Below are positions 55,437 to 63,592 of a DNA stretch of 64,000 nt, one piece after another (within the stretch, counting starts at the first letter, position 1; every line of letters starts with the position of its first letter). Origin of the DNA: a virus; IMG/VR virus record IMGVR_UViG_3300006793_000013. One strand, 5' to 3'. The notes beneath the pieces are model-generated. The model was not told the DNA's origin and searched no databases. It was given only the letters and a program-made list of their open reading frames with translations. The translations under genes and the position numbers were made by a program.

Positions 55437-55806
55437 AACTGTTTTTTGCTTTCTCCATTAAATTGTTTATATGTTGTTGTTCCAGAATCTCTCTATTGTT
55501 AGCCGTGGATAATTTTGTACTGCCAAAATAATAACTATTAGGCTGAGCCAAAAAATATCCTGCTGTCTGTTGATCTTCTGAATTTGCATTTAGTATTACT
55601 ATAACACATTTATGTTTTTTGTCAACCACCCATTGCGGGTCATCGCTCGGTTTGGCAACATAAATTATTGTGTTAGGTAAGTCCAAAGTTTGAATAGTAT
55701 TACTTACCATTTGACTTTGTTCTGGTGTGAGGTCATACGTTAATATTCTTAATGCGTCTGTTTGAATATCGTCTGGGTATGTTACTATGCTTACGGTGTC
55801 ATTCAT
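55426..55806 (-). CDS. Hypothetical protein
   Basis: 126 aa ORF coupled to rpsU. Confidence 0.55.
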   Translation of the reverse strand: MNDTVSIVTYPDDIQTDALRILTYDLTPEQSQMVSNTIQTLDLPNTIIYVAKPSDDPQWVVDKKHKCVIVILNANSEDQQTAGYFLAQPNSYYFGSTKLSTANNREILEQQHINNLMEKAKNSYGI

Positions 55807-55869
55807 TCGATGTTGCTTTTATGCGTTGCCATACTGAGTTAGGATTTTGTTCTGCATTTTGTATATATC

Positions 55870-57840
55870 CTAAACTTCCTTCTCTATTGTTTTCTTGACT
55901 TGCTCCGCTCCATCTTTCTCTATCCAGCTTAAAGATTCCTTTTTTTTTGAAATCTCTTCTTCTAGTTCTGGAAACACCTTATAGTCTGCTTGTGCTTTCA
56001 AATACTTTGCCCAAGGTAACTGTTTAATTTTACCTTGTTCATGTTGTTGTCTTGTTTCTTTAATTTTGTTATTTGTTGGATCTTCCATTTTCCAAAGTTT
56101 CATTGCTTCTTTTTCTTCGGAATCAACACCATCGAATAAGTCTTCGTCTTCGTCAGCAAGATCTATTTTATTTTGAAGTTCTTTTCCAAACTGTTCACCT
56201 GTTGCTTTTGCTTTTGCTTCTTCTTCAAAGTCATCATCTTCATCTTCAAAGTCATCGCCTTCGTCATCGAAGTCATCATCTTCATCGCTGTTTGGATCTT
56301 CTTCTTTTGCTGCTTTGTTGGCTGCTTCTACCCAATCGTTCCATTTTTCAAGATCTTCGTTATCTTGTTTTTCTTCTTCAAACCCTTCCATTAGCATTTC
56401 GTGAGTAGTCTTTTCGTTTTCAGGAACGTCTTGTTGCTCTTCGTCAGCAAGTCTAACTGGTGCAGTTTCTATTTCTGGGGGAATATTATCAGCAATCTTT
56501 TGAGCTCTAGCATTTTCGTATTTCTTACGATCAAACTCTTCATTGTCTTTTAATGCTTGTTCGTGGTCTCTATCTATATTTGCTTTCCACGCTTCGTCAT
56601 ATTCTTCATCCGTAAAGGGTGGCTTAGGTTTTGGATCTAACTTTGGGGAGCCGTTATCATCTCCTCCTGGACCAAACCTTCTGTTCCATTCGAATGTGTA
56701 TTGTGATGCAATAAGCAATAGTACTGCAAGTGGATCAAATACAAATATGATAATTATAATGACCCAACGTACTGCTTCTTCTAACATGTTTTGTGTAGCA
56801 TTTTCACCATACACAAATTCAGCAATATATTTAATTGGTCCTACTTCTGCTTCAAGTTTACGATACTCACTTTGAATAGAATATTTTTCTTCAGTAAGTA
56901 CATCAATTTGATTGTTTGCATCTTTAATTCTTAAATTTTGTTCGTCAACTTGTGAATCAATATCAGCAATTTTACTTGTATCACCTAATTGTTTACGTAG
57001 TCTATCAATAAGTTCATTAGACTGTGCAATTTGCTTTTCAACTGTAGTACGTAGACGTTTAATTTCTTCTCTTGCTGCCTGTGCTTGAGGATTGTTTGAT
57101 GCTTGTTCAATCTTAGATATTAATTCAGCACGTTCTTGTTGTCTTATTTCTTTCCAATCGCCAATCTTTTCAGCTGTCTTTTTACCAAAGATACCGTCAG
57201 CACTAGCACCAATCATTTGTTGTGCTTTTTTAGTTTCGCCGTTGTCTACATAAGTTTGTAGTGTTTTTAATTCTTCATCTATCTTAGCAAGTTCTGTTTT
57301 GTATAAGTCTGCTTGGCTATCGATAATTTTTTGTTGTTCATCAATTGCAGGCTGAACACGGTCATATGCTTTATCAATACGATCTTGTTCTGCATCAATC
57401 TGTGATTGTACGTTAGCATCACTACCTGTATTACTAGTTTCTAACTTTTTAATTTTGTTTTCTGCACGAGTAATTATGTCTTCGTAACGTGTAATTTCAT
57501 TTTCTATACGTTCTACTTGAGCAACATTCTCGTCACCTGCACTAGTTTGTTCAATGTGTGCTTTACTTAGGAAACCAAAAATACCCATGCTTGTAATAAA
57601 CATAAGAACAACTACAGCAGTGGAGAGATAAGTTCTAAGCCACCAGGTAGCTTTGCTCCAATACTTGTGTAACCATACAGCAGTTACTAGTTTACCTATT
57701 TCTAAAGCAGTACCCATTATAATAATAGGAAGTGCAGCCGCCGCAAATATAGCAACCAAACCTGCTACAGAATAGTAAATCGCAATAGCACTAATACAAA
57801 GTGCTGTGAGTAGTGTTAGTAATCCATAAATCATATACAT
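55870..57840 (-). CDS. Multi-TM, long coiled-coil membrane protein with PG-binding-like motif and acidic tail
   Basis: 3 N-terminal TMs, coiled coil, QQMIGASADGIFGKKT, TM (IIIIIFVFDPLAVLLLIA), D/E-rich tract. Confidence 0.7.
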   Translation of the reverse strand: MYMIYGLLTLLTALCISAIAIYYSVAGLVAIFAAAALPIIIMGTALEIGKLVTAVWLHKYWSKATWWLRTYLSTAVVVLMFITSMGIFGFLSKAHIEQTSAGDENVAQVERIENEITRYEDIITRAENKIKKLETSNTGSDANVQSQIDAEQDRIDKAYDRVQPAIDEQQKIIDSQADLYKTELAKIDEELKTLQTYVDNGETKKAQQMIGASADGIFGKKTAEKIGDWKEIRQQERAELISKIEQASNNPQAQAAREEIKRLRTTVEKQIAQSNELIDRLRKQLGDTSKIADIDSQVDEQNLRIKDANNQIDVLTEEKYSIQSEYRKLEAEVGPIKYIAEFVYGENATQNMLEEAVRWVIIIIIFVFDPLAVLLLIASQYTFEWNRRFGPGGDDNGSPKLDPKPKPPFTDEEYDEAWKANIDRDHEQALKDNEEFDRKKYENARAQKIADNIPPEIETAPVRLADEEQQDVPENEKTTHEMLMEGFEEEKQDNEDLEKWNDWVEAANKAAKEEDPNSDEDDDFDDEGDDFEDEDDDFEEEAKAKATGEQFGKELQNKIDLADEDEDLFDGVDSEEKEAMKLWKMEDPTNNKIKETRQQHEQGKIKQLPWAKYLKAQADYKVFPELEEEISKKKESLSWIEKDGAEQVKKTIEKEV

Positions 57841-58283
57841 TATTTACCTGAAAACCAGGCCCAAGAATTAGTACTATTATAATGACAAGCGGTTACAGAC
57901 ATAACTCGTTGTTTATTATAGGCAATAGCACTCAGATGAAGCCTCCTACAATAACCCGACCCTGTGGGCCAAGTTGCTACTGGAGTTGAAACACCACTTG
58001 CATTTGCTCGATACCAACTAACTGCTTCACCATTTTCTGCATAATGTAATGCGTGTACCACACTTGCCATGTATGCATTCTTTTGTTCTACATTTAGTTT
58101 CTTATACCAACCAAACGACCATTCAAGTACTCTTGATGCAGGGTGATTAGATGAGTAATCAAAAAACTTAGGATTAGTAAAGTCTTGAGCAACTGCTGGT
58201 GTACATGCACTAATACTGATCAGTATGCACAATTTCCCAACTACCATCAGGTTTTTGACAGCTGATACCTTTGCGTTGAACAT
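57840..58283 (-). CDS. 17-kDa surface-antigen-like envelope protein
   Basis: ALHYAENGEAVSW...G...P..T....GYCR...TAC. Confidence 0.6.
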   Translation of the reverse strand: MFNAKVSAVKNLMVVGKLCILISISACTPAVAQDFTNPKFFDYSSNHPASRVLEWSFGWYKKLNVEQKNAYMASVVHALHYAENGEAVSWYRANASGVSTPVATWPTGSGYCRRLHLSAIAYNKQRVMSVTACHYNSTNSWAWFSGK

Positions 58284-58536
58284 TATGTCCTCCTACTTTC
58301 ATCCAGTAATTAAATTCACCACAGTTAGGAGCCATTCCAGATCTTTTAGCAAACAGCCTTTCAATCTGACTATCAGTACATTGTACCCTTGTCTTACTGT
58401 CGACAGTGGTTCCGTTCTGTACGATAATGTCTTCTGATGTGTGGCAATAATTTGGCTTTTGTGCAGTCACAGGGGGCGTTGAAGCACACCCTGTAATCAC
58501 AATAGCCGCGCCTACTATTGCAAGTAGCCTAAACAT
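58210..58536 (-). CDS. Lipoprotein
   Basis: Lipobox ITGC; C-terminal GISCQKPDGSWEIV. Confidence 0.65.
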   Translation of the reverse strand: MFRLLAIVGAAIVITGCASTPPVTAQKPNYCHTSEDIIVQNGTTVDSKTRVQCTDSQIERLFAKRSGMAPNCGEFNYWMKVGGHNVQRKGISCQKPDGSWEIVHTDQY

Positions 58537-59030
58537 TATGCTGGGTCTTTCGCTTCAGCGATCAGACGATCAAATGTTTCCAGCGGCATCTTAATTCTTA
58601 CATACGTATGCACGTGACCTGTACTTGCCAGTTCATATGAATACTTCTTAACTTCAAGATGCTCTCTAATTGTAGTATTCTTAACAAGGTGTTCTACAAA
58701 AGTTCTTGTATCACGACTGTTGTTCTTAATATCTACAGTTGTTGATGAGTTAACGGTACCATTAATACGTTCTGCAAAACCTTTTACAGCAAATGCATAC
58801 GCTTGTGATTCTGACGCTTGTTCAAACTTACTTTCACCCATGCCACATGCATAAGCATAGTCGTCTTTCCAAAACAAGAAACCCTCTGAACCAATTTGTT
58901 CACAATCCATGTACCAATTTGGATTTGCTTTCGTTTCTCGAACGTCGATTGTCTTCATTGAGCTACACGCACCCAATCCGAGTATCAGTGTGCCTACAGT
59001 CAATGCCTTCATTGTTGCCTTCATTTTCAT
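58536..59030 (-). CDS. LPP20-like lipoprotein
   Basis: Lipobox LGAC; P.WY, YACGMG, AERING. Confidence 0.65.
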   Translation of the reverse strand: MKMKATMKALTVGTLILGLGACSSMKTIDVRETKANPNWYMDCEQIGSEGFLFWKDDYAYACGMGESKFEQASESQAYAFAVKGFAERINGTVNSSTTVDIKNNSRDTRTFVEHLVKNTTIREHLEVKKYSYELASTGHVHTYVRIKMPLETFDRLIAEAKDPA

Positions 59031-59064
59031 AACAGCCTCTCTGTATGTGTGTTAATGTACTTAC

Positions 59065-59093
59065 AGTATACTAAATTATACTGCATAAGTCAA
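59065..59093 (-). promoter_or_regulatory. sigma70 promoter TTGACT-N17-TATACT
   Basis: Upstream of lipoprotein operon. Confidence 0.65.
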
Positions 59094-59321
59094 GTATATT
59101 TTATTATTTTGGAAGTCTTTTTTCTCCAAAATAGCCAGTGTATTTTTGCACCGTCTCTATCCCAATCTAAAAACTTTAAAGGAATAAAGCGATACAGTAA
59201 TGGAGAACGACTAATCATATCGTTCCACACTTCAGTTGTTACCCAGCCTACTCTTGATAATCCTACACAGGCCGGATACTTTGCATTCTTAATTAATGAG
59301 TCAATGTAATCGGACAGTTAA

Positions 59322-59927
59322 CTACCTTTGCACATAGAATATATGCAAACCAATTCTTCCGATTAGTAGCATATCCTTGTTCCATTTAGGGTTGACATAA
59401 GTTGCATGGTAGTGTGTTGCGCCATCAGCAATACCAATTAAGTAATCTGAATTAACCATGCGATACGCAATAGTCTGTGCTTGTCGCCATTCATCGCCAA
59501 TTGGCGGCTCATCTGACTTGCCGTCACAGAACCAACTAAACTGACATTGATTTCTAATAGGTATCATAACACGTTGATCATCTGGCAAGTCTGGATACTG
59601 TTTAGTTTTCCAACTTTCCTTCCAACGTGCTTGATAAACTACTTCACAAATTGTATTAGGATAGTATGTAGATTTTACTCTGTTCATAACTACATCACTA
59701 ACAGCCGCTTTACCTGCTAGATTATCTCCTCGTGATTCGTAGTAAATGTTTTGTGCCAAGCAGTATTCTTGTGGATGTGTATCTTTTGAATACAGCTCTC
59801 CAACTGACACTGATTCTTTATCATTCATCAGTGTTGATGCTTGAAGGTGTTGCCCGCTTTGCGCTGTAGATACTACCACAAACGCTAGTATTGTAAATGT
59901 AATTAATGATCGCATAAATCTGTTCAT
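59322..59927 (-). CDS. Cell wall hydrolase, SleB/Hydrolase_2 family
   Basis: CLAQNIYYESRG, VVMNRV, YPNTICEVVYQ, CQFSW.CDGK, ATHYHA.YV.PKW, IG.HIFY. Confidence 0.93.
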   Translation of the reverse strand: MNRFMRSLITFTILAFVVVSTAQSGQHLQASTLMNDKESVSVGELYSKDTHPQEYCLAQNIYYESRGDNLAGKAAVSDVVMNRVKSTYYPNTICEVVYQARWKESWKTKQYPDLPDDQRVMIPIRNQCQFSWFCDGKSDEPPIGDEWRQAQTIAYRMVNSDYLIGIADGATHYHATYVNPKWNKDMLLIGRIGLHIFYVQR

Positions 59928-59967
59928 CCTTTATTTAGATACTGTTGTTCATACTAAACATAGTACT

Positions 59968-60426
59968 TTAGTTCCGCCTCATTTGTGCAATTTCTGTCGC
60001 TTGTTTCTTTCCTGTCTTATCATCATCGTCCGCGAACACAGGAACCATATTACTTTTGTGCATTGTAGCAATACCTACAAGTCTACGTTCTCCTGTATAC
60101 TGCAACGGCTCTTTCTTAGTGCATGGTGCGAATGTATTCTTAGAAACGTAACTAGGAATTTTATCTGACTCTCTAGCAACAGGAGTAGAAGTAGTACGTA
60201 AAGGAGCAACAACAGGTGTTGACTTAGGTTTGTACTCGCCTCTACAATATGCAATGTAATCTTCAACAGTATCAAACTGATGACTGTGTAAATGCTTTCG
60301 ACGCATTGCTTTATTATGCTGTCTCCACTTCACAGTATATTCTTCAATCTTCTTGTCTGTTAGTTTCTTCTTCTTACGTTTCTTTGTGTTCAATGTGGTT
60401 AAGCCACGAGCTAAATGCATTGTCAT
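59968..60426 (-). CDS. Conserved T4-like phage hypothetical protein
   Basis: YTG...GIATMHKSNMVPV signature. Confidence 0.65.
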   Translation of the reverse strand: MTMHLARGLTTLNTKKRKKKKLTDKKIEEYTVKWRQHNKAMRRKHLHSHQFDTVEDYIAYCRGEYKPKSTPVVAPLRTTSTPVARESDKIPSYVSKNTFAPCTKKEPLQYTGERRLVGIATMHKSNMVPVFADDDDKTGKKQATEIAQMRRN

Positions 60427-60427
60427 A

Positions 60428-60673
60428 TTAGGCTCCTAGTGCAAAGTTAGGATCACAGGCTTGTTGCCAACGTTCGGCAATTGCTCTAGTGTGTTTACAT
60501 TTACCATGCATTGTCATACCCATACAATCACAAGTAAAGCCTTTCGATGTCCACTCAACAGTATAGTCATCACCACGACTACCTTTTACTGGCCACTGTG
60601 TGCCAACTGCCCAATGGTCTTTCATATCCATAAAGTCAGGCTTGAAGTATCTAGGTCCATATTTGCTTTTCAT
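60428..60673 (-). CDS. SWIM zinc-finger protein
   Basis: YTV...FTCDC.G....KCKH. Confidence 0.8.
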   Translation of the reverse strand: MKSKYGPRYFKPDFMDMKDHWAVGTQWPVKGSRGDDYTVEWTSKGFTCDCMGMTMHGKCKHTRAIAERWQQACDPNFALGA

Positions 60674-61332
60674 TATGGTAACTCCTTACTTGCAATAGTG
60701 TTTACAATCATATTACTATACTTCTCATTAGTACTCCAAGGAGAAATATGAAATGCTAATTGATCGTAATCCCATATATCTAATGCAATTTGACGTTTAC
60801 GCTCAATACGAAAGTTTTCATATGCATGGTGTGTATTAAGAATGTTAATAGCATCTTGTACACTAGCACATTTTGTAGGATAAGTCTTTACACCAAACTC
60901 TGCGTTTGGTAAGTCTAGAGGCTTCATCTGTGGTGTATCAGGATCCCATGTTCGTATACCAAAAAGATTGTTACCGTCTCTGGTAAACCTACTAGTACCC
61001 CAACCACTTTCAATACCGGCCATAGCAATAATAATAGAGCTAGGAACACGCTGATCACGTGGAGTTGTAAAGTTTATAAAGTCAACGCATTGTCCTACTG
61101 CGTCCATGAATGAGTTTGAATCTGTATACACGAAATCAGGTTCATGCATACCGAGGGCGATTGCCTCTTTTAAGAACTTGTTCTCAATTTTCTTTGTGTA
61201 GTCGCTTGTTACAAAACCATTTGGATTAAATGTACCAACACCAAATGCAAATGCTACAGCAGCTACCGAAATACCTGTGATAATTGCCTTACGCTTTATG
61301 CCTGTCCAATTCATTTTATGCCTCTGCTTCAT
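60673..61332 (-). CDS. Glucosaminidase (GH73, Bax-like)
   Basis: IAMAGIESGWGTSRF...NNLFGI, LNTHHAY..FR..R, WST..KY. Confidence 0.88.
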   Translation of the reverse strand: MKQRHKMNWTGIKRKAIITGISVAAVAFAFGVGTFNPNGFVTSDYTKKIENKFLKEAIALGMHEPDFVYTDSNSFMDAVGQCVDFINFTTPRDQRVPSSIIIAMAGIESGWGTSRFTRDGNNLFGIRTWDPDTPQMKPLDLPNAEFGVKTYPTKCASVQDAINILNTHHAYENFRIERKRQIALDIWDYDQLAFHISPWSTNEKYSNMIVNTIASKELP

Positions 61333-61345
61333 TAGTTATAGTAAT

Positions 61346-61374
61346 ACTATAGCACCTTTAGAAGCAAAGGTCAA
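61346..61374 (-). promoter_or_regulatory. sigma70 promoter TTGACC-N17-TATAGT
   Basis: Upstream of glucosaminidase, TGC extension. Confidence 0.65.
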
Positions 61375-61376
61375 GA

Positions 61377-61411
61377 AAAAAGGTGCCAAAATGTTGGAAT
61401 TGGCACCTTTT
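61377..61411 (-). terminator. Rho-independent terminator after porin gene
   Basis: AAAAGGTGCCAA-N10-TTGGCACCTTTTTT. Confidence 0.75.
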
Positions 61412-61422
61412 GGATAGTTTTA

Positions 61423-62046
61423 TTAGAAGTTTACGTTAAATGTTAACGCTATTTCTCTATCAACTGAATTCAAGTCTGAATCTAAATCTTGCATTAAAGC
61501 AACTTGTACAGATGCTTTATCGCTTACTGGAACTGCAACACCTAGTTCTGCATATGCGTCTGCTCTAGAAAAGTCAAACAAATCACCTTCTACTGATGAA
61601 ATGTCATATCCTAGTTCTGCATAAGGAACTACTAGTCCTGCATCAAATGCAGCACCAATTGATGGACTAATTCTTAACTCGTCTTTAGTAAAAGAATCGC
61701 CTACAGTATAGTGTACTTCTGGAGCAGCATAAAAGGTTACACGTGGTGCTTCACCTGTTACGGGGTCTGCTACAGCAGTTGTATAAAGTTTACCAACAGT
61801 AAAACGATAGTCATCGTTTACATCATCGTCAATAAACTCGACTTGGCCGTAAACAGTACCAAAGTCGTGCTTGATGCCATAAACGTTTGCTGTATCAGCA
61901 AAGTCATAACTAGCACCAGTGCCTGCAGATAAAGTAGTTTTATCTGATGTTATGTTAATGTTCATGCTGGTATCATCGAAGTTGTCAGCATAAGCAGTTG
62001 ATGCTAACGCCACAGCGAAAGCAAAAGATAGTATTAGTTTTTTCAT
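61423..62046 (-). CDS. Outer-membrane beta-barrel (porin-like) protein
   Basis: Signal peptide (AYA|D), alternating amphipathic strands, terminal ..LTFNVNF (BAM signal Phe). Confidence 0.7.
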   Translation of the reverse strand: MKKLILSFAFAVALASTAYADNFDDTSMNINITSDKTTLSAGTGASYDFADTANVYGIKHDFGTVYGQVEFIDDDVNDDYRFTVGKLYTTAVADPVTGEAPRVTFYAAPEVHYTVGDSFTKDELRISPSIGAAFDAGLVVPYAELGYDISSVEGDLFDFSRADAYAELGVAVPVSDKASVQVALMQDLDSDLNSVDREIALTFNVNF

Positions 62047-62142
62047 TTTTATTATTTCCTATAATTTTGAAGAACGCGATATGCGCCCCTTTGTCCAACA
62101 CTGATTTTATTTAAAGAATACATAGATAAACTTATATGCTCT

Positions 62143-62721
62143 TTAAACTTCAGTGCCTTTGATGTCTTTAATAAAGGTGAATTTTTCTGTTTGGCTGCTT
62201 AGATATTCAATAACTTTCTCAGGTGTTGTTTCACCATAAGGGTCGCTATCGGCGCCATCGCAGTTTTTGCCTGGCTCTTCAAACCATGCTTCAACTACAC
62301 CGTCATTAATGACAGCCGCATATCGCCATGAACGTTGCCCAAAACCTAAATGCCGTTTATCGACTAGCATTCCCATCATTTGTGTAAACAGTGCATTGCC
62401 ATCTGGAATGACCTTTACTCTTTCTACACATTGGTCTTTAGCCCATTTGTTCATAACAAATGCGTCATTAACAGAAATGCAGTAAATTTCATCTACTCCC
62501 ATTTCTTTAATCTTGTTGTAATTCTCTTCAAATCCTGGTAGCTGGTATGTGCTACATGTTGGAGTGAACGCTCCTGGTAAGCTGAATAATACTACTCTCT
62601 TTCCAGCGAAGTAGTCGCTGCCGTTGACATCTTGCCAACGATAAGGGTTCGGTCCTTCAATGGATTCATCTCGGACTCTAGTTTTAAAAACCACGTTAGG
62701 TATTTGTACACCTTCTCTCAT
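62143..62721 (-). CDS. Peroxiredoxin (Prx5/AhpC type)
   Basis: FSLPGAFTPTCS, ISVNDAFVM, DGN..F, RSWRYA. Confidence 0.93.
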   Translation of the reverse strand: MREGVQIPNVVFKTRVRDESIEGPNPYRWQDVNGSDYFAGKRVVLFSLPGAFTPTCSTYQLPGFEENYNKIKEMGVDEIYCISVNDAFVMNKWAKDQCVERVKVIPDGNALFTQMMGMLVDKRHLGFGQRSWRYAAVINDGVVEAWFEEPGKNCDGADSDPYGETTPEKVIEYLSSQTEKFTFIKDIKGTEV

Positions 62722-62808
62722 AGTGTGTTAGTTCCTTTATGTTATAATTGTATTACAGATATTATTTAATTTATTTTAACAACCTGTCTGCTAGATCTGA
62801 GTGCATTT

Positions 62809-63090
62809 TTAATAATATGGATTATTAAAGTTGGGGTCATCCATTCCGTCTACGCCTGTTACTTCTGGAATGTAATGTTTCAGCATGTTTTCTACACCCA
62901 TCTTAAGTGTTATTGTGCTACTTGCACAACCAGAACACGATCCTTGTAGTAAAACACTTACACGACCTGTTGACTGATCAAAGTCTTCAAACTTAATAAA
63001 GCCTCCGTGTTGCTCTACTGCCGGTTGAACTTGTTCATCAATTAAGGTATTGATTCTTTTTACTATTTCGTCGTATTCTTCTTTATTCAT
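62809..63090 (-). CDS. NifU C-terminal/NfuA-like Fe-S carrier
   Basis: VQPAV..HGG.I, LQGSCSGCASS..TLK.GVE. Confidence 0.92.
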   Translation of the reverse strand: MNKEEYDEIVKRINTLIDEQVQPAVEQHGGFIKFEDFDQSTGRVSVLLQGSCSGCASSTITLKMGVENMLKHYIPEVTGVDGMDDPNFNNPYY

Positions 63091-63095
63091 GTCAT

Positions 63096-63103
63096 TATTT
63101 ATA
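63096..63103 (-). promoter_or_regulatory. Late promoter TATAAATA, 5 nt before ATG 63090
   Basis: TATAAATA-ATGAC-ATG. Confidence 0.7.
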
Positions 63104-63111
63104 AAGTTTAT

Positions 63112-63185
63112 TGGCAGGCGAACAAGGAATCGAACCTCAAGCTACGGTTTTGGAGACCGCCGTGTTACCACTACACCATTCACCC
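63112..63185 (-). tRNA. tRNA-Trp(CCA)
   Basis: GGGTGAATGGTGTAG...GCGGT-CTCCAAA-ACCGT...GGTTCGATT...TTCGCCTGCCA; 74 nt. Confidence 0.95.
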
Positions 63186-63199
63186 TTTGTCAATAAAGG

Positions 63200-63362
63200 C
63201 GCAACTTTTCTGTTGCCAGGTAAGTTGCCAACCCCGTTACCTAGTTAACTAGGCTGCAAGAGCAAAATTATCGTTTGCGTCTATAAAGTTGCTTGATTTA
63301 CGGTCATCGCCTACCGGTAACTCCACGTTCTCTCATACATCAGTCGATCCTAGTTCGCCCCC
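63200..63362 (-). ncRNA. ssrA: Two-piece (permuted) tmRNA, coding piece; tag ANDNFALAA at 63249-63278 (3' end approximate)
   Basis: 5' GGGGGCGAACTAGGATCGAC; GCA AAC GAT AAT TTT GCT CTT GCA GCC TAG; 3' hairpin GCAACTT...AAGTTGC. Confidence 0.92.
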
Positions 63363-63506
63363 ATCATAAGCACACTTGCGAAGTCTTTTGTTATAACCAC
63401 GCTTAATCTTCTTACGTTCACCTGGTCTCCAATGAAGTAAATTTTTAGCCTTTTTGCTTAGAGCATCAAACTCATCGCCGCTAATCATTTTAATACGTGT
63501 CTTCAC
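63333..63506 (-). CDS. Small basic protein (57 aa) encoded mostly inside the tmRNA intervening sequence
   Basis: GGAGA SD (63511-63515), GTG 63506, MKTRIKMISGDEFDALSKKAKNLLHWRPGERKKIKRGYNKRLRKCAYDGGELGSTDV*. Confidence 0.7.
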   Translation of the reverse strand: MKTRIKMISGDEFDALSKKAKNLLHWRPGERKKIKRGYNKRLRKCAYDGGELGSTDV

Positions 63507-63526
63507 TGTATCTCCAAATGTGCTTA

Positions 63527-63588
63527 TGGTGGAGGCGCGGGGTACCGCCCCCCGGTCCTGTCTGTCGTTGATTGGCTTCAACGTTACA
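63527..63588 (-). ncRNA. ssrA: Two-piece tmRNA, acceptor piece (5' end approximate)
   Basis: ...GACAGGACCGGGGGGCGGTACCCCGCGCCTCCACCA; CGCCTCC pairs with GGGGGCG of coding piece including G3:U70; alpha-type GGCRGUA T-loop; lies upstream of the 5' piece. Confidence 0.92.
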
Positions 63589-63592
63589 TGTA

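Noticed and set aside
56200-56300. Low-complexity TCA/TCT/TCG run as a DNA repeat element
   Set aside because: It simply encodes the D/E-rich protein tract; not an exact tandem repeat
59070-59320. Possible ~80-aa minus-strand ORF starting at CTG after the SleB gene
   Set aside because: Needs a non-standard start and has no recognisable motif, so it is not supportable as a feature
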